Positions 9,373 to 18,648 of a stretch of DNA of 64,000 bases are shown in pieces. Under the pieces are notes generated by a model. The model was not told the origin of the DNA. It searched no databases and worked only from the letters and a program-made list of their open reading frames with translations. The translations under genes were made by a program, and so were the position numbers. Numbering within the stretch: the stretch's first letter is position 1; every line of letters starts with the position of its first letter. The DNA is from Candidatus Bathyarchaeia archaeon (lineage in GTDB: Archaea; Thermoproteota; Bathyarchaeia; Bathyarchaeales; Bathycorpusculaceae): contig JBMFOB010000004.1 of the NCBI GenBank assembly GCA_049969855.1, forward strand, positions 1 to 64,000. The letters run 5' to 3'.

Positions 9373-9993
9373 TTAAAATTTAATTGATTCTTCTTTTGTT
9401 CCATCTTTCGTTATGAATAGAAAATCTATGCCGTCGCCGCTCATGATGTCTCTGCTAATGGCAGATTTTATTGCTCTTACAACTAATTCTCTTGCCTCTT
9501 TCACAGTCATATTTTCTTTGTATCCCTCTTCTAAAACTCCCATGGCAATTTCTGTTCCAGAACCAACAACTGCATACTTGTCTGGAATCACTGAGCCTAA
9601 AACGTCTAACACGTAAAGCGATGCGCCTTCATCGTCTATTCCGCCGACGATTGTTTGTGTGATTAGTGGTGCTAATCTTCTGGCGAAAAGCAAATTTGAC
9701 ATGAGTTTGGCTGTGGACCTAACAGATATTGGTCTGTTAAAGTCTAAGCTGAAAAGGTTTGCGTAGGCTTCCACTTCCCTAACAAGGATTTGCATGTCAG
9801 AAACCAGTCCTGCGCATGCTGCGCCTATGCGGTCTGTTATTTTGAAAACTTTTTTGCCGCCTTTACTTACAACCAAATAACCATAAGAAACACGTTTTTC
9901 AGAGGCTAAAATAACGCCGTCTGAACAAACAACGCCAACTGTTGTTGCGCCTGGAACCCAAAGATATTCGCCTCCCTGTGCTTGTCTTTCCAT
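9373..9993 (-). CDS. psmB: Proteasome subunit beta, probably a non-catalytic paralog (Thr1->Ala)
   Basis: PGATTVGV..DGVILASEKR, KKVFKI, AGLVSD, GSG, RD..SGDG. Confidence 0.93.
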   Translation of the reverse strand: MERQAQGGEYLWVPGATTVGVVCSDGVILASEKRVSYGYLVVSKGGKKVFKITDRIGAACAGLVSDMQILVREVEAYANLFSLDFNRPISVRSTAKLMSNLLFARRLAPLITQTIVGGIDDEGASLYVLDVLGSVIPDKYAVVGSGTEIAMGVLEEGYKENMTVKEARELVVRAIKSAISRDIMSGDGIDFLFITKDGTKEESIKF

Positions 9994-10051
9994 ACTCTCA
10001 CCTTTTCCGTCATATACACAAGCAACTTATTAAACTTAATCGTAAAACTTT

Positions 10052-11325
10052 TTACGCTTCTATTGTTGTTATGCCTAAAACATCATTCAGCCTTTTTAAT
10101 TGTTCTCTATAATCGCCATAAACCATGACATGATGGTTTCCAGAAGTTTTATGGGTGAATTCCCTTGGATTTGCAACTTTCACTTTAACAGTCACTCTAC
10201 AATATTCCTCAGCATCCATGTCCACACAGTCTGCAACAACTCCTCTGGCAATTATCATGTTTTTCAAGTCTCCACTTAAACGGCATATAGTAACCTCCTG
10301 CCCTTTCTTCATTTCCACAAAGGCTGTTAGACTGCCAGTGAATTTTTCTCTATGATATCGTCTAAGCCTATAAGGCGCAGCGTTTGCTTTGTATCCTTCC
10401 ATTTTTCGGGGGCATACGCAGTGACTTAAGATTAGCGTGTTGTCTTTGGTGTCAACGAATGTGTTGCCCATGAAACATGGTTTTTCTGTTAAATAATGGA
10501 GAATCACCATTGATAGAAGGGATATTATGTCAGCTTCGCATGCTGATGGTATTCCCTCATCTCTTAAGTTAGTGTATGCAAAGCATGGAACTGGCAAGGG
10601 ATTGTCTCCATAAGCCATAGTTAATGCTCGCGCATTTTTCTCTTTCAGCAAATCTTCCATAACGAGGTAAAGTTTTGCAACGTTAACTAGGTCTTTTTCT
10701 TCTGGTTCAACAACCCTTTCCGCCCCTTTCATCCATTTCTCCACCAATGGTTTAACACGTTCCTCATCCATGTTCTCCCATCTTCTTATGACCTCTTCGC
10801 TTTCCACGTATTCCAGCGTTACCCCAAACTTTTCTTTAATTGCTTCACAGCCTCCACGAACATGACATATGAATCTTTGCCAATGAGGATAGTCAGCATT
10901 TAAAACCAGAATTTTGTCTGCTCCATTCTTTTCTTTGTCGAAAGTGCTCCTAAATAGTTGTTTAAGTCTTTATAGTCAACAGCAACCCAAACTTTTTCTT
11001 TGGGATAAACGTACTCTAAAGCGTCTAAGGGATTGTTCACCATCCCCTCATCATTAAAAAGAATTGTTGGAAAACTATACTCAGAAATTTTAACTATACA
11101 ATCGCCTAAGCCAAGATGAGGCTTGTAAATGAGAATGGCATCCGCCTTTGCCAATTGCTCTTTCAAAAGCGGAACTTTCTTTTCCTCGTTAACGATAGCA
11201 TGTTCTAATATTTGGATATTGATTTTCAAATTTTCTTTAAGCTGCTCTATTTTTTTCTTCATGAAATCTTCGTCAACTTGACCTTTTCGGCAGACTAGAA
11301 CTGGAAGAATTTTAAAGGGCTCCAA
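10052..11325 (-). pseudogene. L-fucose/L-arabinose isomerase-like protein split by a -1 frameshift at 10912-10915 (pseudogene, recoding or sequencing error)
   Basis: ORF 10900-11325 ends ..MEQTKFWF*; the -1 frame continues without a stop as ..KILVLNADYPHWQRFICHVRGGCEAIKEKFGVTLEYVESEE into ORF 10052-10807 (ACEAD, LSHC, CR, GNHHVMVYGD). Confidence 0.75.
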
Positions 11326-11363
11326 AATTGGTCTCCTTTCTCATGTTCCTTCATTCCTTTTTA

Positions 11364-12044
11364 CTATAGATAATATTGGTCTAAGTTGCCTTTCCAATTT
11401 TCGTATTTATATTCAGGAAGCGTCTTCACGCGACAAATTGGCTTAGCTATTATTTCCTTAACCTCAAACTCTTTGAAGAAGCTTCCACTGTAAGCGGTTT
11501 TCACAACTAAGGCTGTATCTAAGCCTTTATAAGTGCCTGCACAAGAAACGACTTCTTCGCCCGCATTAACTTCTCCTGCATCTGTTGCCATGATAGCAGC
11601 TTCTATGGCTATTTTTGTCCCTGCTCCAAATATTTCAAGGGTTTTATCGATTATGCCTTCTGGAGTTGGATATTCCCAGTTTATTGAGCGGGTGGGAGGC
11701 GCAAAAGGTCTTGTTCCTTGAATTATTTTTACGCCGTTTTCTTCCAGTTTCTTCAATGTTTCTGCATATTCTTTTCGCTTTAACCCTATCGGTATGTCAC
11801 CCTTCGGACCCCATGTTGTTGCTGGATAATGAGTTACAACAATCAATTTGGTTTTTGTTCCTTTAAATATGTTAAGCGCTTTTAGGGCGCTTCTTCCAGT
11901 TTCAGAGGCGACAACCACTTTGTTTAATCCGGTTTTTTCGCATCGTATTTTTGCTGCTTGTAAAACTTTTTCTGTATTCACTTCGCCGCAATATTGGAAA
12001 TATGTAATTTTCTTTTCAATATCACCTTTCATTCCCAACACCAC
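11364..12044 (-). CDS. Pyruvate-kinase C-terminal-like (PK_C, MTH1675-type) domain protein
   Basis: ITYF..G..NT, VVVASETG.SA, VVTH, FG.GTKIAIE...MATDAG, AGT..GLDTA. Confidence 0.85.
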   Translation of the reverse strand: MVLGMKGDIEKKITYFQYCGEVNTEKVLQAAKIRCEKTGLNKVVVASETGRSALKALNIFKGTKTKLIVVTHYPATTWGPKGDIPIGLKRKEYAETLKKLEENGVKIIQGTRPFAPPTRSINWEYPTPEGIIDKTLEIFGAGTKIAIEAAIMATDAGEVNAGEEVVSCAGTYKGLDTALVVKTAYSGSFFKEFEVKEIIAKPICRVKTLPEYKYENWKGNLDQYYL

Positions 12045-12092
12045 AGAGCTAAATACTCACCCATTCTATAACATTTTAAAGGCTGAAGTGAA

Positions 12093-12689
12093 ATGATAAA
12101 CCTTTACGTCAAAGAATTGGATAGCGTCTGGTTTGGAGTAGCCTTTGAAGGCGAAGAGATTTTTGCAACAACATTTGCTTTCAGCCAACAAAAGGCTTTG
12201 CAAAGTCTTTTAAGAAGCATTCCATTCAATGTTCCCTTCCAACAGTTAGAAAAACCCTCCAGTTTTGCTGAGCGCGCAATAGCTGTTTTAAAGGATGTTT
12301 ATGAGGGAAAAGATGTTTCAGCCAACTTCTCTTTGGCGACAAAACATTTGCCAAACTATACAAGAAGAGTTATTGAAACTACGCTCTTAATTCCAACGGG
12401 ATATGTAACCTCTTATGGGGCAATTGCCAAAGCGGTTGGCGGAAGCCCAAGGGCTGTTGGGAATGTTATGGCTATGAACCCTTTTGCGCCGCTCGTTCCA
12501 TGTCATAGGGTTGTCTGCTCAGACTTTACTTTAGGCGGGTATGGAGGCGGCTTAGATGTTAAGCTTCAAATTTTGAAGCGGGAGAGAAGAGGTTTTTCTT
12601 CTAAAAAGGAAATTTCCTTAAAAGGCAGAAAACTGCTTTTATTTCCAGTCGAATTCGTGTTAAACAGGGTTGAAGAAGGCAAAAGTTAA
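12093..12689 (+). CDS. ogt: Methylated-DNA--protein-cysteine methyltransferase
   Basis: IP.G...SYG.IA, RAVG, NP...VPCHRVV, GGYGGG. Confidence 0.93.
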   Translation: MINLYVKELDSVWFGVAFEGEEIFATTFAFSQQKALQSLLRSIPFNVPFQQLEKPSSFAERAIAVLKDVYEGKDVSANFSLATKHLPNYTRRVIETTLLIPTGYVTSYGAIAKAVGGSPRAVGNVMAMNPFAPLVPCHRVVCSDFTLGGYGGGLDVKLQILKRERRGFSSKKEISLKGRKLLLFPVEFVLNRVEEGKS

Positions 12690-12939
12690 CTGGAATTATG
12701 TGAGATGTAAACGCATCAATTATACTCATTAATTTAATAGGTAACTGCCCTAGAACTGATTTTTCTGCCACTTCATCTACTGAAAACATTCAGCGATTTT
12801 GATGAGGATTTTTATTCATGTTTAATATCCCTTTAAGCATGGGCTTTCTCATGGGGATATTCGTTTTGCTTTTATGTGTGATTAGGTTTAATCGTAAATG
12901 ATAAATGTGGGGTGGATACACCAGAAAGCGAGGGATTTA

Positions 12940-13464
12940 ATGGTTAAGCGTGGGCTTTATGTTGGACGCTTTCAGCCTTTTCATTTGGGGCATCTTGGCG
13001 CAATAAAAGACATTTTGAGGGAGGTTGACGAGTTGGTTATTGTTATTGGCAGTGCCCAATACAGCCACCGCATTGACAATCCATTCACTTCTGGAGAAAG
13101 ACTGATTATGATTCGCAAGGCTTTGGAAGAAGCCAAAATAGACTATTCACGAGTTTGGATTGTGCCTGTGCCAGATGTGCATTTGCATATGATGTGGGTT
13201 GCGGCAGTAGAAGGCTATACCCCACCTTTTAACGTTGTTTATTCCAATGAGCCTTTAACACGCCGACTTTTCTCGGAAGCCAAATACAAGGTTAGAGCCA
13301 TACGTTTTCATGAAAGAAAACTTTATTCGTCAACCGAAATTAGGGCAAGAATGCTGAAAGACGAGAGTTGGGAGAAGCTTGTTCCAAAAAGTGTTGCTGC
13401 CTTCATAAAGGAGATTGACGGGATCAACAGACTTCGGGATTTAACTAAGACTGATAAAGTTTAA
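12940..13464 (+). CDS. nadM: Nicotinamide-nucleotide adenylyltransferase
   Basis: GRFQPFHLGH, GSAQ, NPFT.GER, SSTEIR; start moved to the ATG at 12940. Confidence 0.95.
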   Translation: MVKRGLYVGRFQPFHLGHLGAIKDILREVDELVIVIGSAQYSHRIDNPFTSGERLIMIRKALEEAKIDYSRVWIVPVPDVHLHMMWVAAVEGYTPPFNVVYSNEPLTRRLFSEAKYKVRAIRFHERKLYSSTEIRARMLKDESWEKLVPKSVAAFIKEIDGINRLRDLTKTDKV

Positions 13465-14224
13465 TCTTATCCCCAACTTTTGCTTTGAAGGTTTTGGCGG
13501 CATTTCCCTGATTTATTGAAATTTCCAAAAAATCGTGGCTTCCAATAATGGCTAACGGCTCGTGGGCTTCAGCTTCTGCGTAAGCCTTGCAAAGCTTCAA
13601 CTTTAATCTAACGTCTTTAATTTCCACAGTAATGGAACCCCTAACATTCAACGCTTTAAGCTCTTTTTCTCGAAAATTTGTGATTATATTTCCAAAACTA
13701 TCCACATGCAGAACTTCACTAACAAATACGCCATCCTGCCGAATGACCTTCGCAAATTTTGGAGTTACAATTTCACGAATTTCAGGTCCATACTCCGCTG
13801 GTTGAATCCACCTCGTCAAGTGGGCGGCTGCTGGAGCGAAAATGTCTCTTCCATGAAACGTGTTGGAAAGTTTCTTATTTTTTATCTCGTAAATATGCTC
13901 TATTCCTTGATTTTCTGCGGCTAAGGTCAATACGCCATTGTCTGGTCCGATGTAAAATGCCTGTTTTGTCTGTATAAGTATGGGTCGCCTTTCTGTTCCA
14001 ACGCCCGGGTCAACAACGGCAACGTGAATTGTGTTTTTTGGAAAATACTTGGAGGCGGAAGCCAAAACATATGCGCCCATTCGCACATTAAACTTTTTTA
14101 TGTCATGGGTTATGTCAACAATTATAGCGTCTGGGCTTATGCTTAGAATTACAGCTTTCATTTCCGCCACGTAAGGGTCTTTCAAACCGAAATCCGTTGT
14201 CAAAGTAATTATTGCGCGGGGCAT
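13445..14224 (-). CDS. SAM hydroxide adenosyltransferase (DUF62; chlorinase/fluorinase family)
   Basis: ITLTTDFG, VVDPGVG, GPDNG, STFHGRDIFAP, DSFGN. Confidence 0.93.
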   Translation of the reverse strand: MPRAIITLTTDFGLKDPYVAEMKAVILSISPDAIIVDITHDIKKFNVRMGAYVLASASKYFPKNTIHVAVVDPGVGTERRPILIQTKQAFYIGPDNGVLTLAAENQGIEHIYEIKNKKLSNTFHGRDIFAPAAAHLTRWIQPAEYGPEIREIVTPKFAKVIRQDGVFVSEVLHVDSFGNIITNFREKELKALNVRGSITVEIKDVRLKLKLCKAYAEAEAHEPLAIIGSHDFLEISINQGNAAKTFKAKVGDKIKLYQS

Positions 14225-14264
14225 AACGTTCTTTATAAACGCCAACGATTAAAAATAGTTACCT

Positions 14265-15044
14265 TTGCACAGACCAAGGAAGTTTCATAAGGTGATAATT
14301 AACAAAAAACTTTCAGCAAAAAATGTGGCTTTAAGCGTTTGCTTCACAGCCTTATACACGGTTTTTTGTTTCATACCAATATCTCCAATAATTGGTTTGC
14401 CAGGTAAAACCATAACAGCCGCTGCAATAATGGCTCCCGTTATGGGCATAGTGCTTGGACCATATATAGGCGCAGTATCCACCCTTTTAGGCGGAACTAT
14501 TGCTTCTTTTGCTGGTGCTTTTTCTCCGCCAAGTTTGGTTTCTAGCATCGTCACAGCTTTCTGTGCTGGTATGCTTTACATTCGCAAGCGAAGCCTTTGC
14601 GTTTTCGCTTATTTTTCGCTATTGTTTCTTTTCGGTTTTTACCCTTTTGTTGGTCCTTTTTGGCTTTATCCACCATTAATGTGGTTTCAAATAGTTGGTT
14701 TTTTCGTTCTCATTTCGCCATTGCAGTCCAAAGCGATTAGAGATTTGAACTCTGAAAGTGTTTCAAAGCTTTTTCAAGCTTTTTTCACGATATCTCTTAC
14801 ATCGACTTTAGCTGGACAAATTGCTGGTTCCTTAGTTTTCGAGGTTCTTGCGTGGCCTGTTTTTATGGCGGATATAAATGGTTGGAGGGCTACGTGGCAA
14901 TTTTTAACATTCATTTATCCTGCTGAACGGGTAGTCATTGCATTAATGGGAACGTTTATTGGAACAACTTTACACAAAATTTTGAAGTCTGCAAATTTAA
15001 CGCTCCTTATTAATACCGACGCTCAGCAAGAAAAGTGCCCATGA
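14265..15044 (+). CDS. Integral membrane protein, ECF-transporter S-component-like
   Basis: About 7 TM helices; A.Y..., P..GIVLGPYIG and late P.ER motifs; start uncertain (GTG 14292 possible). Confidence 0.55.
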   Translation: MHRPRKFHKVIINKKLSAKNVALSVCFTALYTVFCFIPISPIIGLPGKTITAAAIMAPVMGIVLGPYIGAVSTLLGGTIASFAGAFSPPSLVSSIVTAFCAGMLYIRKRSLCVFAYFSLLFLFGFYPFVGPFWLYPPLMWFQIVGFFVLISPLQSKAIRDLNSESVSKLFQAFFTISLTSTLAGQIAGSLVFEVLAWPVFMADINGWRATWQFLTFIYPAERVVIALMGTFIGTTLHKILKSANLTLLINTDAQQEKCP

Positions 15045-15780
15045 AAATGCATTCTTTCTGAGGCATAGCCATATCCTCAGAACCATAAACACCATCATCA
15101 AAATCCACACTAACGCCCTTAATAATCACTAGCGGAGTTTTCTCCGCTGCTTCACCCATTAGAAAGTGTGCTGCAGAAGCCAAATTATCTGCAACGGCAT
15201 GCTGTGTGATGATTATTTGCTTTCCATAAATATCCTTCTCTCCTCTTCTGTCTTTTATGGGTTTGAAACCAGCCACAGCCAGAGCCAAACCAATGGTGCC
15301 CTTTCTAAGCGGTACTAAACCACTGTCAACAATTAAAACAGCAACTCGCTTACCTGTCCTATTTTTAATTTCATCTCTCAAGCGTTTCGCCCATTTTTTG
15401 GGATCAGTTGGCCATAATGCTGCATAATCTATGGGAGCGTTTTTATTGTCTATTCCAGCGTTTGCGGTTAAAATTCCATTTTTAAGCGTCAAAACAGCCT
15501 TTTCAACTCCCCCATAAATTTTGTCTGCTTCTCGTAAAATTAACTCTGCGAATGCTGGCTGTAGGGAAAAGTGTTTTGCCAACTCCTTCGCTTTCCTTGA
15601 AGGTTTAACTTCGCTCATTTTTATTAGGCGGTTTTCAACGTGAGCAATAACTTTTGAAGTTAAAGCCAGTATGTCATTGTCTTCAAGCTTTAAACCTTGT
15701 TCCTTTATGGCTTCAATGATTACATCAGTCAAATCATCGTTATGCTCTATAATTCTCATTTTGACTGCATAAAGCCTCAT
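15010..15780 (-). CDS. cofE: Coenzyme F420-0:L-glutamate ligase (CofE family)
   Basis: DILALTSKV, ANAGID..N, IVDS...LR.G, D..GEKDIYG, ADNLASAA..MGE. Confidence 0.88.
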   Translation of the reverse strand: MRLYAVKMRIIEHNDDLTDVIIEAIKEQGLKLEDNDILALTSKVIAHVENRLIKMSEVKPSRKAKELAKHFSLQPAFAELILREADKIYGGVEKAVLTLKNGILTANAGIDNKNAPIDYAALWPTDPKKWAKRLRDEIKNRTGKRVAVLIVDSGLVPLRKGTIGLALAVAGFKPIKDRRGEKDIYGKQIIITQHAVADNLASAAHFLMGEAAEKTPLVIIKGVSVDFDDGVYGSEDMAMPQKECIFMGTFLAERRY

Positions 15781-15785
15781 AATGT

Positions 15786-16070
15786 TTATCCTCCGTGAAT
15801 GACTGGAATAAGAACAACTTCGTCTCCGTCCTTAAGAAGGGTTTCTAAACCGTTTAATACGCTGATTTCCTTTCCATTTACAAGTATTAGCGCATTTGGT
15901 CTAGGATCTTCAAGTTCGGGGTCAACCAGTGTCCGCTTGATGGTTGGAAACTTTTCAACTATTTTCTTTATAACCTCCCTTAGGGGAGCTGCATCTTCAA
16001 TTTTGATGTCTATTTTGTTTCTGTTTGAAATCGTGCGAAAAACTCCAATAAAGTTCACAGTTACAGTCAT
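15786..16070 (-). CDS. MoaD/ThiS-family ubiquitin-like small archaeal modifier protein (SAMP)
   Basis: Beta-grasp size; ILVNG, L.DGDEV, C-terminal HGG. Confidence 0.92.
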   Translation of the reverse strand: MTVTVNFIGVFRTISNRNKIDIKIEDAAPLREVIKKIVEKFPTIKRTLVDPELEDPRPNALILVNGKEISVLNGLETLLKDGDEVVLIPVIHGG

Positions 16071-16085
16071 ATCATTTTCCCCACT

Positions 16086-17462
16086 TTATATGACTATTAT
16101 GACTGAAATGTCATTCACATTTGTGCCTGTTTGACCAGTAAAAATTAGGTCTTCAAGTTTGGAGAAGAAATTGTAGGAGTCATTTTCGGCAAGATATTCC
16201 TCTGGAGTTAATCCCTCCTTAGCTGCTTTCGTTAATGTTTTTCCGTCAACTATTGCCCCTGCAGCATCTGTTGGGCCATCTATGCCATCCGTGCTTATTG
16301 AAGCCAAAACCGCTCCATCCATTCCATTCATTTTTAATGCCGCCGCCAAGGCTATTTCCTGGTTTCTTCCTCCTTTACCCTTTCCAATAATGGTTACTGT
16401 GGTTTCTCCCCCAGCAATTATGCCTGCTGGTTTTGGGATGGGATTTCCGGAAACAGAAACTTCATGGGCTATTGAGGCAAGCATGGTTCCAACGTGTCTG
16501 GCTTCGCCTTCTAATGTTGCGGTCAGCAAAAGCGTGTTTAATCCTTCAGATTTTAGGCATTCTTGGGCTGTTTTGCTTGCAAGCCTGTTGTTTCCAATAA
16601 TTACGTTGAAGACTTTCTTGAAGGCTTCATCATTGGCTTTTGGTGTTTCCGGAATTTTGCCTTTCTCTCCTTCTAAAAGAACCTTTCTGATTGATGTCGG
16701 AATTTTATCCCACAACCCGTATTTTTTCAAAACTTTTATTGCATCGCTGAAGGTTGTGGAATCTGGAACGGTTGGTCCTGATGCGATAAAATCTAATGGG
16801 TCGCCAACAACATCTGAGAGAATGAGATTTAGAATAGTGGCTGGATAAGCCTTTTTTGCCAACCAACCTCCCTTGAAATCCGATATGTTCTTTCTGACAG
16901 TGTTAATCTCATTTATTGTTGCACCGCATTTTAGCAAGGCATCCGTTATTTTCTTTTTATCATTGATTGTTATGTCGCCGCGGGGCAAGGGCATGAGGCT
17001 TGAACCCCCGCCAGAAATTAAACAAATGATTAAATCGTTTTCTCCGGCGTTTTCTGCTATTTCCAGCATGCGTCGAGTTCCTTCCACACCTGAATCATCT
17101 GGGATTGGGTGGCTTGCTTCATGAAGCTTTATAATGTCTGTTTTGTGTTTACTGCCGTAAGGAACGTTAACTAACCCCATCCTTATTATGCGTCCTAAAA
17201 CCTGTTCCAAAGCTTCAGCCATTGAACCGCTTGCCTTGCCGCCACCTATAACGTAAACGTTCCTGAACTTCTTTAAATCAAAGGAATATTTATCCACATG
17301 AAGGGTTGAGTTTTTCAATAAAACTTTTGATTTTATTATCTGTTTTGGGTCAACAGCATTCAGCGCAGATTCAAGGCTTTTTAGTGCTAGTTCTCTGGCT
17401 TTTCTGTTAAGTTGCGTCTCGCCATTATCTATTAGTTTTTCTTTATTCTTTATTGTTATCAT
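16086..17462 (-). CDS. gck: Glycerate 2-kinase (MOFRL family)
   Basis: GGGKAS, HPIPD, LISGGGS, KGG, SDVVGD, GGETTV, GGRNQE, TDGIDG, TGTNVND. Confidence 0.95.
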   Translation of the reverse strand: MITIKNKEKLIDNGETQLNRKARELALKSLESALNAVDPKQIIKSKVLLKNSTLHVDKYSFDLKKFRNVYVIGGGKASGSMAEALEQVLGRIIRMGLVNVPYGSKHKTDIIKLHEASHPIPDDSGVEGTRRMLEIAENAGENDLIICLISGGGSSLMPLPRGDITINDKKKITDALLKCGATINEINTVRKNISDFKGGWLAKKAYPATILNLILSDVVGDPLDFIASGPTVPDSTTFSDAIKVLKKYGLWDKIPTSIRKVLLEGEKGKIPETPKANDEAFKKVFNVIIGNNRLASKTAQECLKSEGLNTLLLTATLEGEARHVGTMLASIAHEVSVSGNPIPKPAGIIAGGETTVTIIGKGKGGRNQEIALAAALKMNGMDGAVLASISTDGIDGPTDAAGAIVDGKTLTKAAKEGLTPEEYLAENDSYNFFSKLEDLIFTGQTGTNVNDISVIIVI

Positions 17463-17559
17463 TTGATTGCCCTAACATTGATTTTTTATGGTTAACTGCG
17501 TAATTGTAATAAGCTAATATTAATAAAGAATTCCACAAATCTTTGTTCGGTGAGTCCAA

Positions 17560-18561
17560 ATGCCAAAACCAAAAGTTTATGTTACACGTGAACTTCCAGA
17601 AAGGGGTCTTAAAATAATTAAGGAGCATTTTGACACTGAAGTTTGGCCAGAATATGCTCCACCGCCAAAAAAGGTGATAATTGAAAAAGCTAGAAAGGTT
17701 GACGCCCTTGCCACGCTTTTGTCTGACAAAATAGACGCTGAGGTTTTTGATGCTGCGCCAAAACTTAAGATTGTTGCTCAGATGGCTGTTGGCTTTGACA
17801 ACATAGACATTCCAGAAGCCACGAAAAGAGGAATATATGTAACGAACACTCCGGAGGTTTTAACCGACACAACAGCAGATTTCGCTTGGGCTTTGTTATT
17901 GGCTGTTGCTAGGCGTGTTGTTGAAGCAGACAAGTATGTTCGCAGTGGACAGTGGAAGGTTGGTTGGCATCCTATGATGATGCAGGGCAGAGACGTTCAC
18001 GGCGCAACATTAGGCGTTGTTGGTGCTGGGAGAATAGGCTTTGCAGTTGCAAAAAGAGCCACGGGTTTTGATATGAAAATCCTCTTTTACGATGTTGTAC
18101 CCCGACCAGAAATGGAAAAATTAGGCGCAAAAAAAGTTGACATGGACACCCTTCTAAGAGAATCAGATTTCATCACCATTCACGTTCCGCTGATGAAAGA
18201 AACCTATCACCTAATAAATGAAGAGAAGCTTAAACTTATGAAGAAAACCGCTTATCTAATAAACAACTCCCGTGGACCGGTTGTGGACGAGAAAGCATTA
18301 TACCATGCATTAAAAGAAGGTAGAATAGCTGGCGCTGCCCTTGACGTTTTTGAACAGGAACCAACACCCATGGATAATCCTTTACTAAAACTTGACAATG
18401 TGGTTGTTGCTCCGCATATATCTAGTGCAAGCTATGAAACTCGCTCTAGAATGGCTGAGATGGTTGCAGAAAATTTGGTGGCGTTCTTTGAAGGGAAAAA
18501 ACCTCCGAACCTAGTTAACCCAGAAGTAATGAAAGTTAGACCATTGCAAAAGCAATTTTAA
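17560..18561 (+). CDS. gyaR: Glyoxylate/hydroxypyruvate reductase (D-2-hydroxyacid dehydrogenase)
   Basis: AVGFDNID, TNTPEVLT, GAGRIG, NNSRG, LDVFEQEP, PHISSA. Confidence 0.93.
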   Translation: MPKPKVYVTRELPERGLKIIKEHFDTEVWPEYAPPPKKVIIEKARKVDALATLLSDKIDAEVFDAAPKLKIVAQMAVGFDNIDIPEATKRGIYVTNTPEVLTDTTADFAWALLLAVARRVVEADKYVRSGQWKVGWHPMMMQGRDVHGATLGVVGAGRIGFAVAKRATGFDMKILFYDVVPRPEMEKLGAKKVDMDTLLRESDFITIHVPLMKETYHLINEEKLKLMKKTAYLINNSRGPVVDEKALYHALKEGRIAGAALDVFEQEPTPMDNPLLKLDNVVVAPHISSASYETRSRMAEMVAENLVAFFEGKKPPNLVNPEVMKVRPLQKQF

Positions 18562-18648
18562 CATGGATTTAAGGTCAATTTTAGTGCAATAGTTAAATAT
18601 TCCTTGTTTTTACCTTTCTTTTTCTCTTCAAAACAAAAGGTGATTTGA

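Noticed and set aside
12799-12870. C/D-box sRNA (TTGATGA box C-like)
   Set aside because: No properly spaced CTGA box D downstream
13445-14224. Halogenase (fluorinase/chlorinase)
   Set aside because: Retains the Asp/His-Gly-Arg (FHGRD) signature of ordinary DUF62 SAM hydrolases, with no secondary-metabolite context
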